Source: Candidatus Brocadiia bacterium (GTDB lineage Bacteria > Planctomycetota > PUPC01 > DSUN01). Taken from it: a DNA stretch of 64,000 bases. The notes under the pieces are model-generated. The model saw nothing but the letters and a program-made list of their open reading frames with translations. It searched no databases and was not told the origin of the DNA. Positions within the stretch are counted from its first letter, which is position 1. Each line of letters begins with the position of its first letter. Location of the stretch: NCBI GenBank assembly GCA_046538415.1, contig JBKHIY010000006.1, positions 18,178-82,177 of the forward strand. Direction: 5' to 3'. Below, one piece after another: positions 37,759-46,804 of this stretch. The translations under genes and the position numbers were made by a program.

Positions 37759-40200
37759 ATGAGACTCCTTGCGGTGGCGGCGGTGGCGATGGCGACGACG
37801 GGCTCGGCGACGGCTCAGCAGTTCCCCTGGAAAACCGACCCCGCGAAGATCCCCGATAGCGACTACGTGACCGTCTGTCCCGAAGGCCATCTCGAGACGG
37901 GCGGCCGGCGGGTGCGCTTCTGGGGGCACATCGGGCACTTCCCCAATCCCAATCTCAAGGCCCGCACGCCCGAGCAGTGCCGCCGGGACGCCGAGCTGAT
38001 GGTCCAGCGCATGCAAGCCCTGGGCTTCAACCTCCACCGCCTCTGGCACGGGCCCAAAGGCCCGTTCACGAAGGGCGACAACAGCCGCGACGACCTGCGG
38101 GCCTACGGCGTCTACCTGCTCAAGAAGCACGACATCCGAATCTGGTTCGCCCAGCTCAACGACCTGGGCACCGTCGATCCCGACCGGGACGTGGCCATGG
38201 TCGACGACCCTGATACGGCTGAGGCGTGGCAGCAGGCCATCGAGGCCATGGCCCGCACCAGTTGGCGATGGAAAGGCCGGAAGACGCCGCTGCGCTCCAA
38301 CCTCGCCCAGCACTGGGACCCGCGCCTGGGAGCCCTGGTACTCCAGCATATGAGGGAGATCGCCACCCGCACCAACCCCTACACCGGCCTCCGCTACTGC
38401 GATGACCCCAACGTCGCCGTCTGGGAACTGTCCAACGAGGAATGGTGGCTGCCCAAGATGACCCGTGGGGAGTGGCTCAAGCTGCCCCGCTTCTTCCAGG
38501 CCCAGTTGATCGCCCGGTGGCACGCCTACCTGCGGCGGAAGTACGGTAGCGATGAGGAGCTCGAGGCGGCTTGGGGCTTCCTCCTGCCTGGCGAGAGCCT
38601 CGCCGAGCGCACCGTCATGCTCGCACCGACGGCTAAGTCCGTCGAGGTCGCCAGGCTCAACGACCCCAACCCCCACACCCAGGCCGCCCTGGAGGGGGGA
38701 GCCGACCAGGCTGTGGGCCGTGACGACGTCACTGCGGCCCGCGCCATGGACGTCATCGAGTTCTTCATGAGCCTGCTGCTCGAGAGCAAGGCCGAGCAAG
38801 CCCGGATGGTCAAGGTCCTCGGCAAGTCCACGAAGCTCGCCCCCCTGTGCTGGGACACCGGCACCGGCTGGCAGATCCAGTGCCAGTACCTCCACCAGCA
38901 GGCCGACGCCGTGGCCCACTGCACCTACGTCAACGGCAAGCACCACGACCGCACGCACAAGCGCTTCCCGTTCAACAGCGCCCTCGAGGAACTGCCGCGA
39001 CTGTGCTGGGACAAGCCCTGGCTCGAGCACAACCGCACCCCAGGCAAGCCGTTCTTCGTCTACGAGACCCAGATCAAGAGCTCCACGAAGTATCGCGCCG
39101 AGTTCCCCTACGAGATCGCCGCCCTGGGCAGCCTCCAGGACTGGGATATCGTGAACTGGCACAGCTACGGCCCAGGCCCCGATTCCACGAAGGCCCGCCC
39201 GCACGTCCGCGCTCTCGAAGTGGGCCATTCCATGGACCTCCATTACGGCGGCGACGAGGTGCAACTCAGCGCCATGAAGGCGGCCAGCGCCATCTTCCGG
39301 AACTTCCTGCTGCCTCCTGCATCGAACCCTACGTGGTTCGTCTCCGGCCGCAGGATGCTCTACCACCCCGACAGCATGGACTATTCGGGCAGCTACGGCG
39401 CCATGGGCGACTGCTTCCTGCCCACCACCTACCGCCACGGCATGCGGCTCCTGATCGACCCCGAGCTGGACCGCCAGCGGGCTCACCCCCTCTTCGAACG
39501 CAAGCGCCGCGACCAGTTCGGAAAGGCCCGGAACGAGGAAGAACGAACAGAGCAACTGGAGAGGGTCTACCGCGACTTCCTGCGCAAGGGCTACATGACC
39601 ATCGGACCCGTGGCCCGCCCGCGGGTGTTCGAGCCCAGCCCCATCCGGCCGACTTCGGAGATCACATACGACTGGCAACGCGGGCACCTGAAGCTCGACG
39701 CCCCGGGCGTTGCCGGCTTCGTCGGCTTCTACGGCGACCTGCCAGACCCATCCGCAGGCGTGACTTTCGCCAAGACGGGCGTCAGGCTGACCGACGTGAA
39801 GGTGGTCAATCCCCCCGACATGCCCTATCCCGTGACGCCGGACGAGCGATACATCGCGTTCTCTCTGGCCAGCGCCGATGGCCAGCCGTTGGCCACGTGC
39901 AAGCGCGCCCTGCTGTCCCTGGTCTCCACGAGCTTCAACACGGGCTTCGCTCTGGACACCAGCGAGGAAGCCGACATCCGCGAGTTCCACGGCGCGCAGG
40001 TCGCCAGGGGGCGGCGGGGGAGGCTTCCCGTGCTCGTCGCTCGAGTGGACGCCATGGTCGAGTGTGGAGCTATCGACGGTATGAGCTACAGGCTCTACGA
40101 CTACGAGATGAACGAGATCGGCGGCGGCACGGTCGGCGGGGCCACGCTTCGCCTGCCGGCGGACAAACCCTTTTTCCTCGTCGCGCTACAGCGAAAGTAA
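37759..40200 (+). CDS. Secreted putative glycoside hydrolase (clan GH-A TIM-barrel-like), 813 aa
   Basis: Signal MRLLAVAAVAMATTGSATAQQ. FNLHRLWH, ELSNEEWW (NE acid/base-like), and the ARWHAYLRRKYGSDEELEAAWG motif common in GH42/GH5-like enzymes. The family is not resolved. Confidence 0.6.
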   Translation: MRLLAVAAVAMATTGSATAQQFPWKTDPAKIPDSDYVTVCPEGHLETGGRRVRFWGHIGHFPNPNLKARTPEQCRRDAELMVQRMQALGFNLHRLWHGPKGPFTKGDNSRDDLRAYGVYLLKKHDIRIWFAQLNDLGTVDPDRDVAMVDDPDTAEAWQQAIEAMARTSWRWKGRKTPLRSNLAQHWDPRLGALVLQHMREIATRTNPYTGLRYCDDPNVAVWELSNEEWWLPKMTRGEWLKLPRFFQAQLIARWHAYLRRKYGSDEELEAAWGFLLPGESLAERTVMLAPTAKSVEVARLNDPNPHTQAALEGGADQAVGRDDVTAARAMDVIEFFMSLLLESKAEQARMVKVLGKSTKLAPLCWDTGTGWQIQCQYLHQQADAVAHCTYVNGKHHDRTHKRFPFNSALEELPRLCWDKPWLEHNRTPGKPFFVYETQIKSSTKYRAEFPYEIAALGSLQDWDIVNWHSYGPGPDSTKARPHVRALEVGHSMDLHYGGDEVQLSAMKAASAIFRNFLLPPASNPTWFVSGRRMLYHPDSMDYSGSYGAMGDCFLPTTYRHGMRLLIDPELDRQRAHPLFERKRRDQFGKARNEEERTEQLERVYRDFLRKGYMTIGPVARPRVFEPSPIRPTSEITYDWQRGHLKLDAPGVAGFVGFYGDLPDPSAGVTFAKTGVRLTDVKVVNPPDMPYPVTPDERYIAFSLASADGQPLATCKRALLSLVSTSFNTGFALDTSEEADIREFHGAQVARGRRGRLPVLVARVDAMVECGAIDGMSYRLYDYEMNEIGGGTVGGATLRLPADKPFFLVALQRK

Positions 40201-40230
40201 TCGCTCGTGCGGCCGCGGGCGATGGCTGCA

Positions 40231-43200
40231 TCAGGGCACTCGCACCTCGCGCTGCTGTTCGGCCTCATAGGTGAGCCGGGCCTTGACGATGCGCCGGTTG
40301 ATGGTGTCGGCGATGTAGCAGGCCTCGTCGGTGGCCACCACGACGAGGGGCCAGGCCAGCGGGACCTCGGGCTGGGGGATGGGGCTCTTCGGCCCGCGTG
40401 CGTCCATGTTCCCGTAGCCTCCGAGGCGGGCGATGGGATTGGCGTTGGCGTCGATGACCTCGACCGAGGCCCGCATGGCGTCGGGGATGAACAGCCGGCC
40501 GAAGGCATCGAGGTCGAAGCGCGCCGACTCGCAATTGCACCGGCTCGACTCGACGTCCTTCTGGTGCATGGGGCAGAAGCCGTAGTGCACCCACTCGGCG
40601 CCCTCGATGCGGCAACGGTGGAAGAACGAGTAGTTCGCGGCCAGGTAGTCGCCGCTGCGGTCGCGCACCACCCGGCCTCCCTTGGGCCTGAACTTCACGA
40701 TGCTGCCATACATCTGGCGATAGTAGAACCACGGGTGGGGATAGGTGGCATGGGTGGGCAGGCGCCCCCGGAAGAACCGGGGGTAGGGCTGCTCGAACGG
40801 CTTGAGGGCCATGCCCACATAGACGTTGCCCTGCCGGTCCACGCGCACCCCGGAGCCCGAGGTGTAGCGGTTGTCGATGAACTGGTATCGCTTGACCGTG
40901 CCGTCGGGGGCGACCTGGGAGACCGTGCTCTGAGTATTGCCGTGGCTGTGGTAGTGGTGGACGAAGTAGATGTCGCCGTTGGGGGCCACGCAGTGGCCGC
41001 GGTTGGAGTTGCCGTGCCCGCGGTAGAGCTCGGGGACTTGGCGCTTGCCGTTGGCGAAGGCCAGCGGCTTGCCCGAGGCGTCGAGCTGGAACAGCCCGTT
41101 GTTGCCTGCGAAGTATATGGTGCCCTGCGGCCCGAAGGCCACCTCTCCGCCCCAGTTGCCGCTCCCCGGAGGCGAGAGCTTAACCCTCCGCAGGAAGCGC
41201 CCCGTCGCACCGTCGAAGAGGCGCCATCGGCCCGCGTAGAGGGTGCCTGTGGCGCGGTTTAGGGCCATCAGGTTCGCCTCGAGGCCTGCGGGCTCCTTCG
41301 CGAAGGGCGGCCTGGGCTGCGCGTCGTGGAGGCTGCCGCGTAGCTCCAGGCGATCGCCGAGGTCGGCGATGCGGGCGCCGTTGCCCAGCCACAGGAGCGG
41401 CGGGTCGGCCTGGTCGTCGATGGCCATGGCCAGCGCCCCTCGGCGCCACCGCGGCAGCTCGAGGCGGGCCACCTCGGCGGGCGCGGCCAGGCTTCGCAGC
41501 TTCACCAGGGCGCAGGCCTCAGGCCGCTCGGGCCGCTCGCTGCACAGGACGTAGAGGGCCTCTGTGCCCCGGTGGACCCCCACCTTGTTGGCGCCTGGCA
41601 TGGGGATCTGCTTGAGCGGGGCGCCGTCGGGCCGGAAGACGGCCAGGCGGTGGTTGCCCGTATCGGCCACGACGATGTTGCCCTCGGCGTCGACCGCGAT
41701 GCCCCGCGGGTTGCTCAGGTAGCGGGGGTCGTCGCCCGCGACCTGGAACTCGCCGATGAAGGGCTCGCGGAACGGCCGGCGGAGCTCCGGCCCGTCCCAG
41801 CGAACCCGGTAGACGACGTTGTGGTACTCGCCCGGGTCCCACAGGCTCCTGCCCCGCAGGCCCACCACGTAGACCCACTTCTCGTCGGGAGAGAGGGCGA
41901 GGAACATCTCGCCGCCCAGCGAGTAGCGGGTGATCTGCGGGCCCAGCAGGTCGGCGGGGGCGCTGCCGTCGGTGCCCAGCTTGAGCAGGCGCCGGCCGTG
42001 CCCCATGCCCCGCATGCACAGGTTCGCCACCAGGATGTGGCCGTCGCCGGTAATGGCCACCTGCTGCGTGCCCAGGGCCGGGCTCTCCGGCAGCCACGAG
42101 TGGTTCAGGGCGTTGTAGATGACCGGCAGCCAGGAGCCGTCGCCGAGCTCGATGGGCCGGATGCCACGCATCCGCTCCACGGGCAGGTTGCCGGGGAAGG
42201 GATAGACCTGGCGGAGGTAGCGCCCCTGGCGGTCGAAGGCGCGGATGCTCGAGTTCGCCCAGCCGTGGTCCACCGACACACCGCCGGTGCACACGTAGAG
42301 CTCGCCGCCAGGCCCCACGCCCAGGCTGCGGATCGTGCCCACGGCAGGCCGCCACCCGATCACCCGCTCGAACCTGGCGCCCAGGCCGAGGGCGACGTGA
42401 ACCGTGTAGGTGCCTTCCGGCAGCGCCTCGCCGTCGTCGTCCCTGCCGTCCCACACGAGGGTCTGCTCGAGGGTCCCGGGCCTCAAGGGCGGCGGGGCCT
42501 TCTCGCCCAGGATACCGGCGGCCAGGTGGCGGACGACCGCGCCTTTCGCGTCGGCGACCCACACCGCTACGTCCGTGGGCGCCTCGGCCGCGAAGCGGAC
42601 CACCGTCCTGCCGCCCTCCCGGCTTACTCGGGGGGCGGCGGCGAATGCCGGCGGCGGGCCGGCCGGCTCGATGGGCGGCGGCTCCTCGACGCGGGGCCTC
42701 TGCTCCCGCACGCGGACGCCCTTGCTGGCCAGGTAGGGGACCAGCTCGGGGAGCACGACGTCGCCCTGCTGAAAGTAGAGGTAGCCGAACATCTCGGGCA
42801 GGTGGCCGGTGCCGATGCGGTTCGGCCGCCAGGCATAGTCCCAGTTCATCCACCCCGGCGTTTCGTCCATGGTGGGGCGTCGGGCGTAGCGGATGCGGAA
42901 GAAGTTGGCTCCCCAGAGCCTGGGGAAGTGTCCGGACGCGACGCCCAGGTCTTCGAAGGCCACGCGGGCCTCCGCCCGCCAGCGTTCCTTGCCGCGCCAG
43001 GTCTTCAGGCGCAGGCTGGGCGGTTCCCAGGCGGCGTTGTTCTTCATCCGCCGCGTGTTGTGGGCCCCCATGGGGTTGATGGCCAGGTAGAAGTAGCGGT
43101 AGCTCTCGGTGCGGCCCGGGTCCAGGAGGGTGTCCACGCAGTCGTCCCTCCACAGGCCGTCGGGGTCGACGCCGTGGCAGGCGGCGCGGATCTCGTCCAT

Positions 43201-44370
43201 GAAATCCTCTTCGCAATCGTAGGCAATGTAGAGGTAGTCGTCGTCGGCGAGGAGGCGGACGTAGGTCCGGTTCTTCTCCACTTCCCCGGGCACGTAGAGA
43301 TCGAGATAGCGGAGAGAGAGCGGCTGGGCCTTCTGCCACAGGGGGTCCGAGAGGTCCCCGCGGATCTCCGGCCCCTTCTCCACGTGGGGCACGAAGGCCA
43401 CGGGGCCGTCGAGGCGCTTCTCCAGCTCGGCAGGGCTGATCTTGAAGCCCGGCGGTGGCTTCTCGCGCCCGGCCGGCTCCCTCTCCTGCTCCCCGGGCTG
43501 TAGCGGCTTGGCGAGTGCCGCACGGACCCTGGGCGGAACGACCTCGCCCGCGGGCACGTAGAGGACGCCGAACATGGCGGGACAGAGCGAGAAGGTGGCC
43601 AGGGCCGCCGACGGCTTCCACGAGGTAGTCCAATTGGCATAGCCCGGATCGCCGGGCTGCACCGAATCGTAAAGCCTGGCGGTGCGCTTGCGGAAGAAAT
43701 TTGCTTTCCACACCGCGGGCACCTGGCCGAGGTCGTCGAAGAGGCTGGCGAAGGGAATCTGGACCTCTGCGGCCCAGCGGCCGGGGAAGATGCGCGCCCC
43801 GGCGCCCAGGCCATCGACGGTGATGGGCGTGCCAGGCCGCGCGTCGCCGCCGAGATGCCGATATCGGCGGGCCCATACCGCGCCCTTGGCGTTGACCTTG
43901 ATCAGGATGCAGGCGTTGGGGTGGCTGACGTCGCACCAGCGATGCCCCCGCGGCATGAGCAGGATGCTCACGTGGTCGTCCTCCGGCACCTCCTCGTCGT
44001 AGTCCGTCGTAGCCTTGGCCTTGATGTCGCGGAGCTCCTTGCACTCGAAGGCCAGGTAGAGGCTGCGCTCGTCGCAGGCGAGCCGGACGGTGGTCGTGTT
44101 GCGGGGCCGCCCCGGGGTGGTGGGGTCGGAGAAGCCGAAATGGAGCGGCTCGGCCCCGCGCCACGCCGCATCGTCCAGCGCCCCGTCGACCGCCGGCGAG
44201 CGCTCGGTCCCCGCCGCAACGGCCACGGGCTCCACGTAGAGGCCCTGGAGGGCCTCGCGCACGGCCCGGGTACCCCCGGCCGACGCGGAGCCGCCGGCCA
44301 GGACCGCCACCGTCAGGGCCGCGAGCCCTGCACGCTTGATGCGCGACGAACTCCGGGTGCCTTTCCACAT
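40231..44370 (-). CDS. Giant secreted protein: two CBM9/DOMON-like modules + FlgD-Ig-like domain + NHL-type beta-propeller region, 1379 aa
   Basis: ORF 40231..44730 trimmed to the ATG at 44370 (GGAGGA upstream; signal AALTVAVLAGGSASAGG). Two blocks of the type VDGALDDAAWRGAEP...LYLAFEC...WAAEVQIPFASL...WKANFFR. Ig-like block VAVWVADAKGAVVRHL...LVWDGRDDDGEALPEGTYTVHV. NHL-like repeats (NPRGIAVDAEGNIVVADTGNHRLAVFRPDG). Confidence 0.7.
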   Translation of the reverse strand: MWKGTRSSSRIKRAGLAALTVAVLAGGSASAGGTRAVREALQGLYVEPVAVAAGTERSPAVDGALDDAAWRGAEPLHFGFSDPTTPGRPRNTTTVRLACDERSLYLAFECKELRDIKAKATTDYDEEVPEDDHVSILLMPRGHRWCDVSHPNACILIKVNAKGAVWARRYRHLGGDARPGTPITVDGLGAGARIFPGRWAAEVQIPFASLFDDLGQVPAVWKANFFRKRTARLYDSVQPGDPGYANWTTSWKPSAALATFSLCPAMFGVLYVPAGEVVPPRVRAALAKPLQPGEQEREPAGREKPPPGFKISPAELEKRLDGPVAFVPHVEKGPEIRGDLSDPLWQKAQPLSLRYLDLYVPGEVEKNRTYVRLLADDDYLYIAYDCEEDFMDEIRAACHGVDPDGLWRDDCVDTLLDPGRTESYRYFYLAINPMGAHNTRRMKNNAAWEPPSLRLKTWRGKERWRAEARVAFEDLGVASGHFPRLWGANFFRIRYARRPTMDETPGWMNWDYAWRPNRIGTGHLPEMFGYLYFQQGDVVLPELVPYLASKGVRVREQRPRVEEPPPIEPAGPPPAFAAAPRVSREGGRTVVRFAAEAPTDVAVWVADAKGAVVRHLAAGILGEKAPPPLRPGTLEQTLVWDGRDDDGEALPEGTYTVHVALGLGARFERVIGWRPAVGTIRSLGVGPGGELYVCTGGVSVDHGWANSSIRAFDRQGRYLRQVYPFPGNLPVERMRGIRPIELGDGSWLPVIYNALNHSWLPESPALGTQQVAITGDGHILVANLCMRGMGHGRRLLKLGTDGSAPADLLGPQITRYSLGGEMFLALSPDEKWVYVVGLRGRSLWDPGEYHNVVYRVRWDGPELRRPFREPFIGEFQVAGDDPRYLSNPRGIAVDAEGNIVVADTGNHRLAVFRPDGAPLKQIPMPGANKVGVHRGTEALYVLCSERPERPEACALVKLRSLAAPAEVARLELPRWRRGALAMAIDDQADPPLLWLGNGARIADLGDRLELRGSLHDAQPRPPFAKEPAGLEANLMALNRATGTLYAGRWRLFDGATGRFLRRVKLSPPGSGNWGGEVAFGPQGTIYFAGNNGLFQLDASGKPLAFANGKRQVPELYRGHGNSNRGHCVAPNGDIYFVHHYHSHGNTQSTVSQVAPDGTVKRYQFIDNRYTSGSGVRVDRQGNVYVGMALKPFEQPYPRFFRGRLPTHATYPHPWFYYRQMYGSIVKFRPKGGRVVRDRSGDYLAANYSFFHRCRIEGAEWVHYGFCPMHQKDVESSRCNCESARFDLDAFGRLFIPDAMRASVEVIDANANPIARLGGYGNMDARGPKSPIPQPEVPLAWPLVVVATDEACYIADTINRRIVKARLTYEAEQQREVRVP

Positions 44371-44428
44371 GGCTGGTCCTCCGGTCCTCTGGTGAAGTTC
44401 GCCCGGCGCAGCCACCAGCTCGCCGGGG

Positions 44429-46603
44429 TCAGGGGATCGTCTCCTGGCCGTCGGCGGCCTCGGCGCGCTCGATAAGCTCCTCCTGCTCGGCGGGAGAGAG
44501 GTCGACGAACCGGGCGCTAAGCCCCGCGAAACGGACCACCAGGTCGCCGTGTTCCTCGGGGCGCTCCCGGGCGGCCCGGAGGGCGTCGGCCTCGAACACG
44601 TTGATCTGAAGCTCCTGCCCCCCCTTTCCGAAGAAGGCCTCGACCAGCGACAGCACGGCCTCGGGCGTCGTGGCGTGCGCGGGAAGCGTGAGATTGAGGT
44701 TATATCCCCCGCGATAGTGGCGGGCGGCACGCAGCTTGAGCACGCTGTTCAGGGTGGCCGTGGGGCCGGCCTGGGCGGTGCCCGTCTGGGCCCCGACACT
44801 GTCGGCCACGGGCGTGCCTGCGCGGCGGCCGTCGGGCGAGGCGGCGATGCGCCGGCCGTCCACGTGGTGCAGGCTGCGCACCACATGGCAGGCGAAGTGC
44901 GGGGGGTGGCCGAAGCGGGCGTCGACGGCGTCGAGCACCCGGGCGCGCAGCTCTACCAGCTCGACGGCCCAGCGATCCGCGCGGTCATCGTCATTGCCCC
45001 ATTTCGGCGCGGCTCGGAGGCGCTCGAGCACCGCCCGGTCTGCGAAGTCGCTGCCCAGGGCGTCCAGCAGCTCGCCCATGGTGAGCGACCGCTCCCTGAA
45101 GACGCAGTGGTCGATGGCGGCCAGGGCATTGGCCGCATTGGTCAGCCCGCGTTCGTACAGCCCCGGGATCTGGTAGTCCATCCCCACGAGGAGGTCTTGC
45201 CCGCGTCGGATGCAGCCGCGCATCAGCGCCGAGGTGAAGGGGGTGGGTACGTTCTCGGCGGCCCGCGCTCGCGCTGCGTTCCGCCGCTGCCGCGCCTGGA
45301 GGGCGTCCCCGGCCATCGCCTTCTCCAGGCAGGCGAGCAGCTCGGGCACGCCGCGGATCGCCTCAGGGTCGGGATGCTCGCTGAGCACGCGATTGAGCAG
45401 GCCGAGGTACTGAATCGACCCGCTGCTCGGGGTGGCCGATTCCTGGGAGCGGCCGGGGATGCCCAGCTCGTTGCAGCCGATCACGCAGTAGTCCCAGGCG
45501 TCCTCCTCGGCGACGCCGGCATCGCGAAAGCCCTGTACGGTGGGCACGTCGTGGATCAGGAGGGGCATGCTGAGGCCCGAGGCGAGCATCTCCGACGCCC
45601 GCTCCTTGAGCCGAGGGTCGGTCCGCTCGTGCCAGCGGAAGAACAGGTGGGGGTCGCCGACCCGAACGCGGTCGAAGGCCTCGAGGAAGCACCGGGTCAG
45701 GGCGTTGCACTGGTCTTCGCCGCTGTGGTCGAGGCCGCCGACCGTGATCGCCTGGGTCTTCGATCCGCGGCCGAAGAGCGAATTCGCGGCGACCTTCAGA
45801 ATAAAGGCGCCCACCAGGTTCGTCGCCGCTTCGCGGTCGAAGCTCTCGTCGAGGAACGGCGCGAGGACGCGGTCGGGCAGCCCGATGGAGATCGACATCC
45901 CGTGCCCTTCGATGGCCGTGGCCAGGTGCACGAGGGCCATGGCCTGAAGCCCCTCGAAGAGGTTCCGCGCCGGCCGTGCGGGCACCCGGCGGCAGGCCTC
46001 GGCCACGCGCTCGTGCGCGGCCCGGACCATGGGGTCGGTCGCCGCCCGCGCCGCGGCCTGGGCGGCCGTCGCGTAGCGCTGCGCCCAGTGGAGCACCGCT
46101 TGGATGGCGATGCGCATGGCATCGCGGTAGGCTCGCCTGGAGGCATCCGGCTCGTCGGCATACTGCTCCGTGTCGGCGATGAGGGCCTCGAGGCCCTCGT
46201 GGACCACGCGGTTGATGTCCACCGCCAGGTGGCCGATGCCGCTGTGGCCGCCGAAGCCGCGCCCGGCCCAGAATTCCCGCAGGTCGTCGGGGACCGCTCC
46301 GTCCAGGTGGCCCTCCAGCCCCTGGTTCTCGATGAGCACCTGTTCGGGGATGCCGAACCCGTGCTCCGGCACCAGCATCCAGGCCCGTGGCCGCGACGAC
46401 GTGTTGCCCGCGAAGATGGGGTTCGAAGAGAGGTCCAGCGTCATGTGCCGCAGCACGTGGGCGAAGGCCTTCGCCCGCTTCAGCGGCACGCACTCGTCCT
46501 GGTGCTCGCGGTACGCCTCGCTCACCAGGCGGGCGCGTTCGAGGCACACCGTGTCCTCGGTCGCCAGCAGCTCGTCTCGCATCCGCTGAACCAGGGCTCT
46601 CAT
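44429..46603 (-). CDS. Glycyl radical enzyme (PFL2/glycerol-dehydratase-like family), 724 aa
   Basis: C-terminal glycyl-radical domain GGQELQINVF...LVVRFAGLSARFVDLSPAEQEELIERAE (compare RVAGYSAxF). Cys loop DYCVIGCNELGIPGR (compare DYxxxGCVEP). SPDGRRAGTPVADSVGAQTGTAQAGPTATLNSV (compare the TPDGR...GPTA motif). Confidence 0.85.
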   Translation of the reverse strand: MRALVQRMRDELLATEDTVCLERARLVSEAYREHQDECVPLKRAKAFAHVLRHMTLDLSSNPIFAGNTSSRPRAWMLVPEHGFGIPEQVLIENQGLEGHLDGAVPDDLREFWAGRGFGGHSGIGHLAVDINRVVHEGLEALIADTEQYADEPDASRRAYRDAMRIAIQAVLHWAQRYATAAQAAARAATDPMVRAAHERVAEACRRVPARPARNLFEGLQAMALVHLATAIEGHGMSISIGLPDRVLAPFLDESFDREAATNLVGAFILKVAANSLFGRGSKTQAITVGGLDHSGEDQCNALTRCFLEAFDRVRVGDPHLFFRWHERTDPRLKERASEMLASGLSMPLLIHDVPTVQGFRDAGVAEEDAWDYCVIGCNELGIPGRSQESATPSSGSIQYLGLLNRVLSEHPDPEAIRGVPELLACLEKAMAGDALQARQRRNAARARAAENVPTPFTSALMRGCIRRGQDLLVGMDYQIPGLYERGLTNAANALAAIDHCVFRERSLTMGELLDALGSDFADRAVLERLRAAPKWGNDDDRADRWAVELVELRARVLDAVDARFGHPPHFACHVVRSLHHVDGRRIAASPDGRRAGTPVADSVGAQTGTAQAGPTATLNSVLKLRAARHYRGGYNLNLTLPAHATTPEAVLSLVEAFFGKGGQELQINVFEADALRAARERPEEHGDLVVRFAGLSARFVDLSPAEQEELIERAEAADGQETIP

Positions 46604-46666
46604 GCCCCCGCGCCCATGGCCTCGTCGGGACCGCGCCCGCCAGCAGCGACGGGGCGCGTGCCCGCC

Positions 46667-46695
46667 ATCCTACGGCAGCCCGGGCGAAAGGTCAA
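46667..46695 (-). promoter_or_regulatory. Sigma70-like promoter, TTGACC-17-TAGGAT (minus strand), upstream of the glycyl radical enzyme gene
   Basis: Reverse complement of 46667-46695 reads TTGACC tttcgcccgggctgccg TAGGAT, about 60 nt upstream of the ATG at 46603. Confidence 0.35.
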
Positions 46696-46804
46696 GAAAG
46701 CGCCGCCGGGAATGTCACGCCACGGCGATTCTCTCGGCCCTGAAGCGTATCCTGGCACCTTGCATGTGGGTGGATGCCAGGTGCGGACGAGCAAGTGGTG
46801 AGAC

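Noticed and set aside
40201-40230. Possible terminator hairpins at three tight convergent junctions: 40200/40231 (contains the GCGGCCGC palindrome), 62023/62041 and 6326/6412.
   Set aside because: Only short (4-5 bp) or imperfect stems could be drawn by eye. This is not distinguishable from chance in GC-rich sequence.
46753-46764. A sigma54-like sequence, TGGCAC-c-TTGCA, upstream of the HEAT/GRE region on the plus strand.
   Set aside because: The GG and GC elements are about 8 nt apart instead of the roughly 12-nt register of TGGCAC-N5-TTGC. No plus-strand gene follows, and no enhancer-binding protein is encoded nearby.
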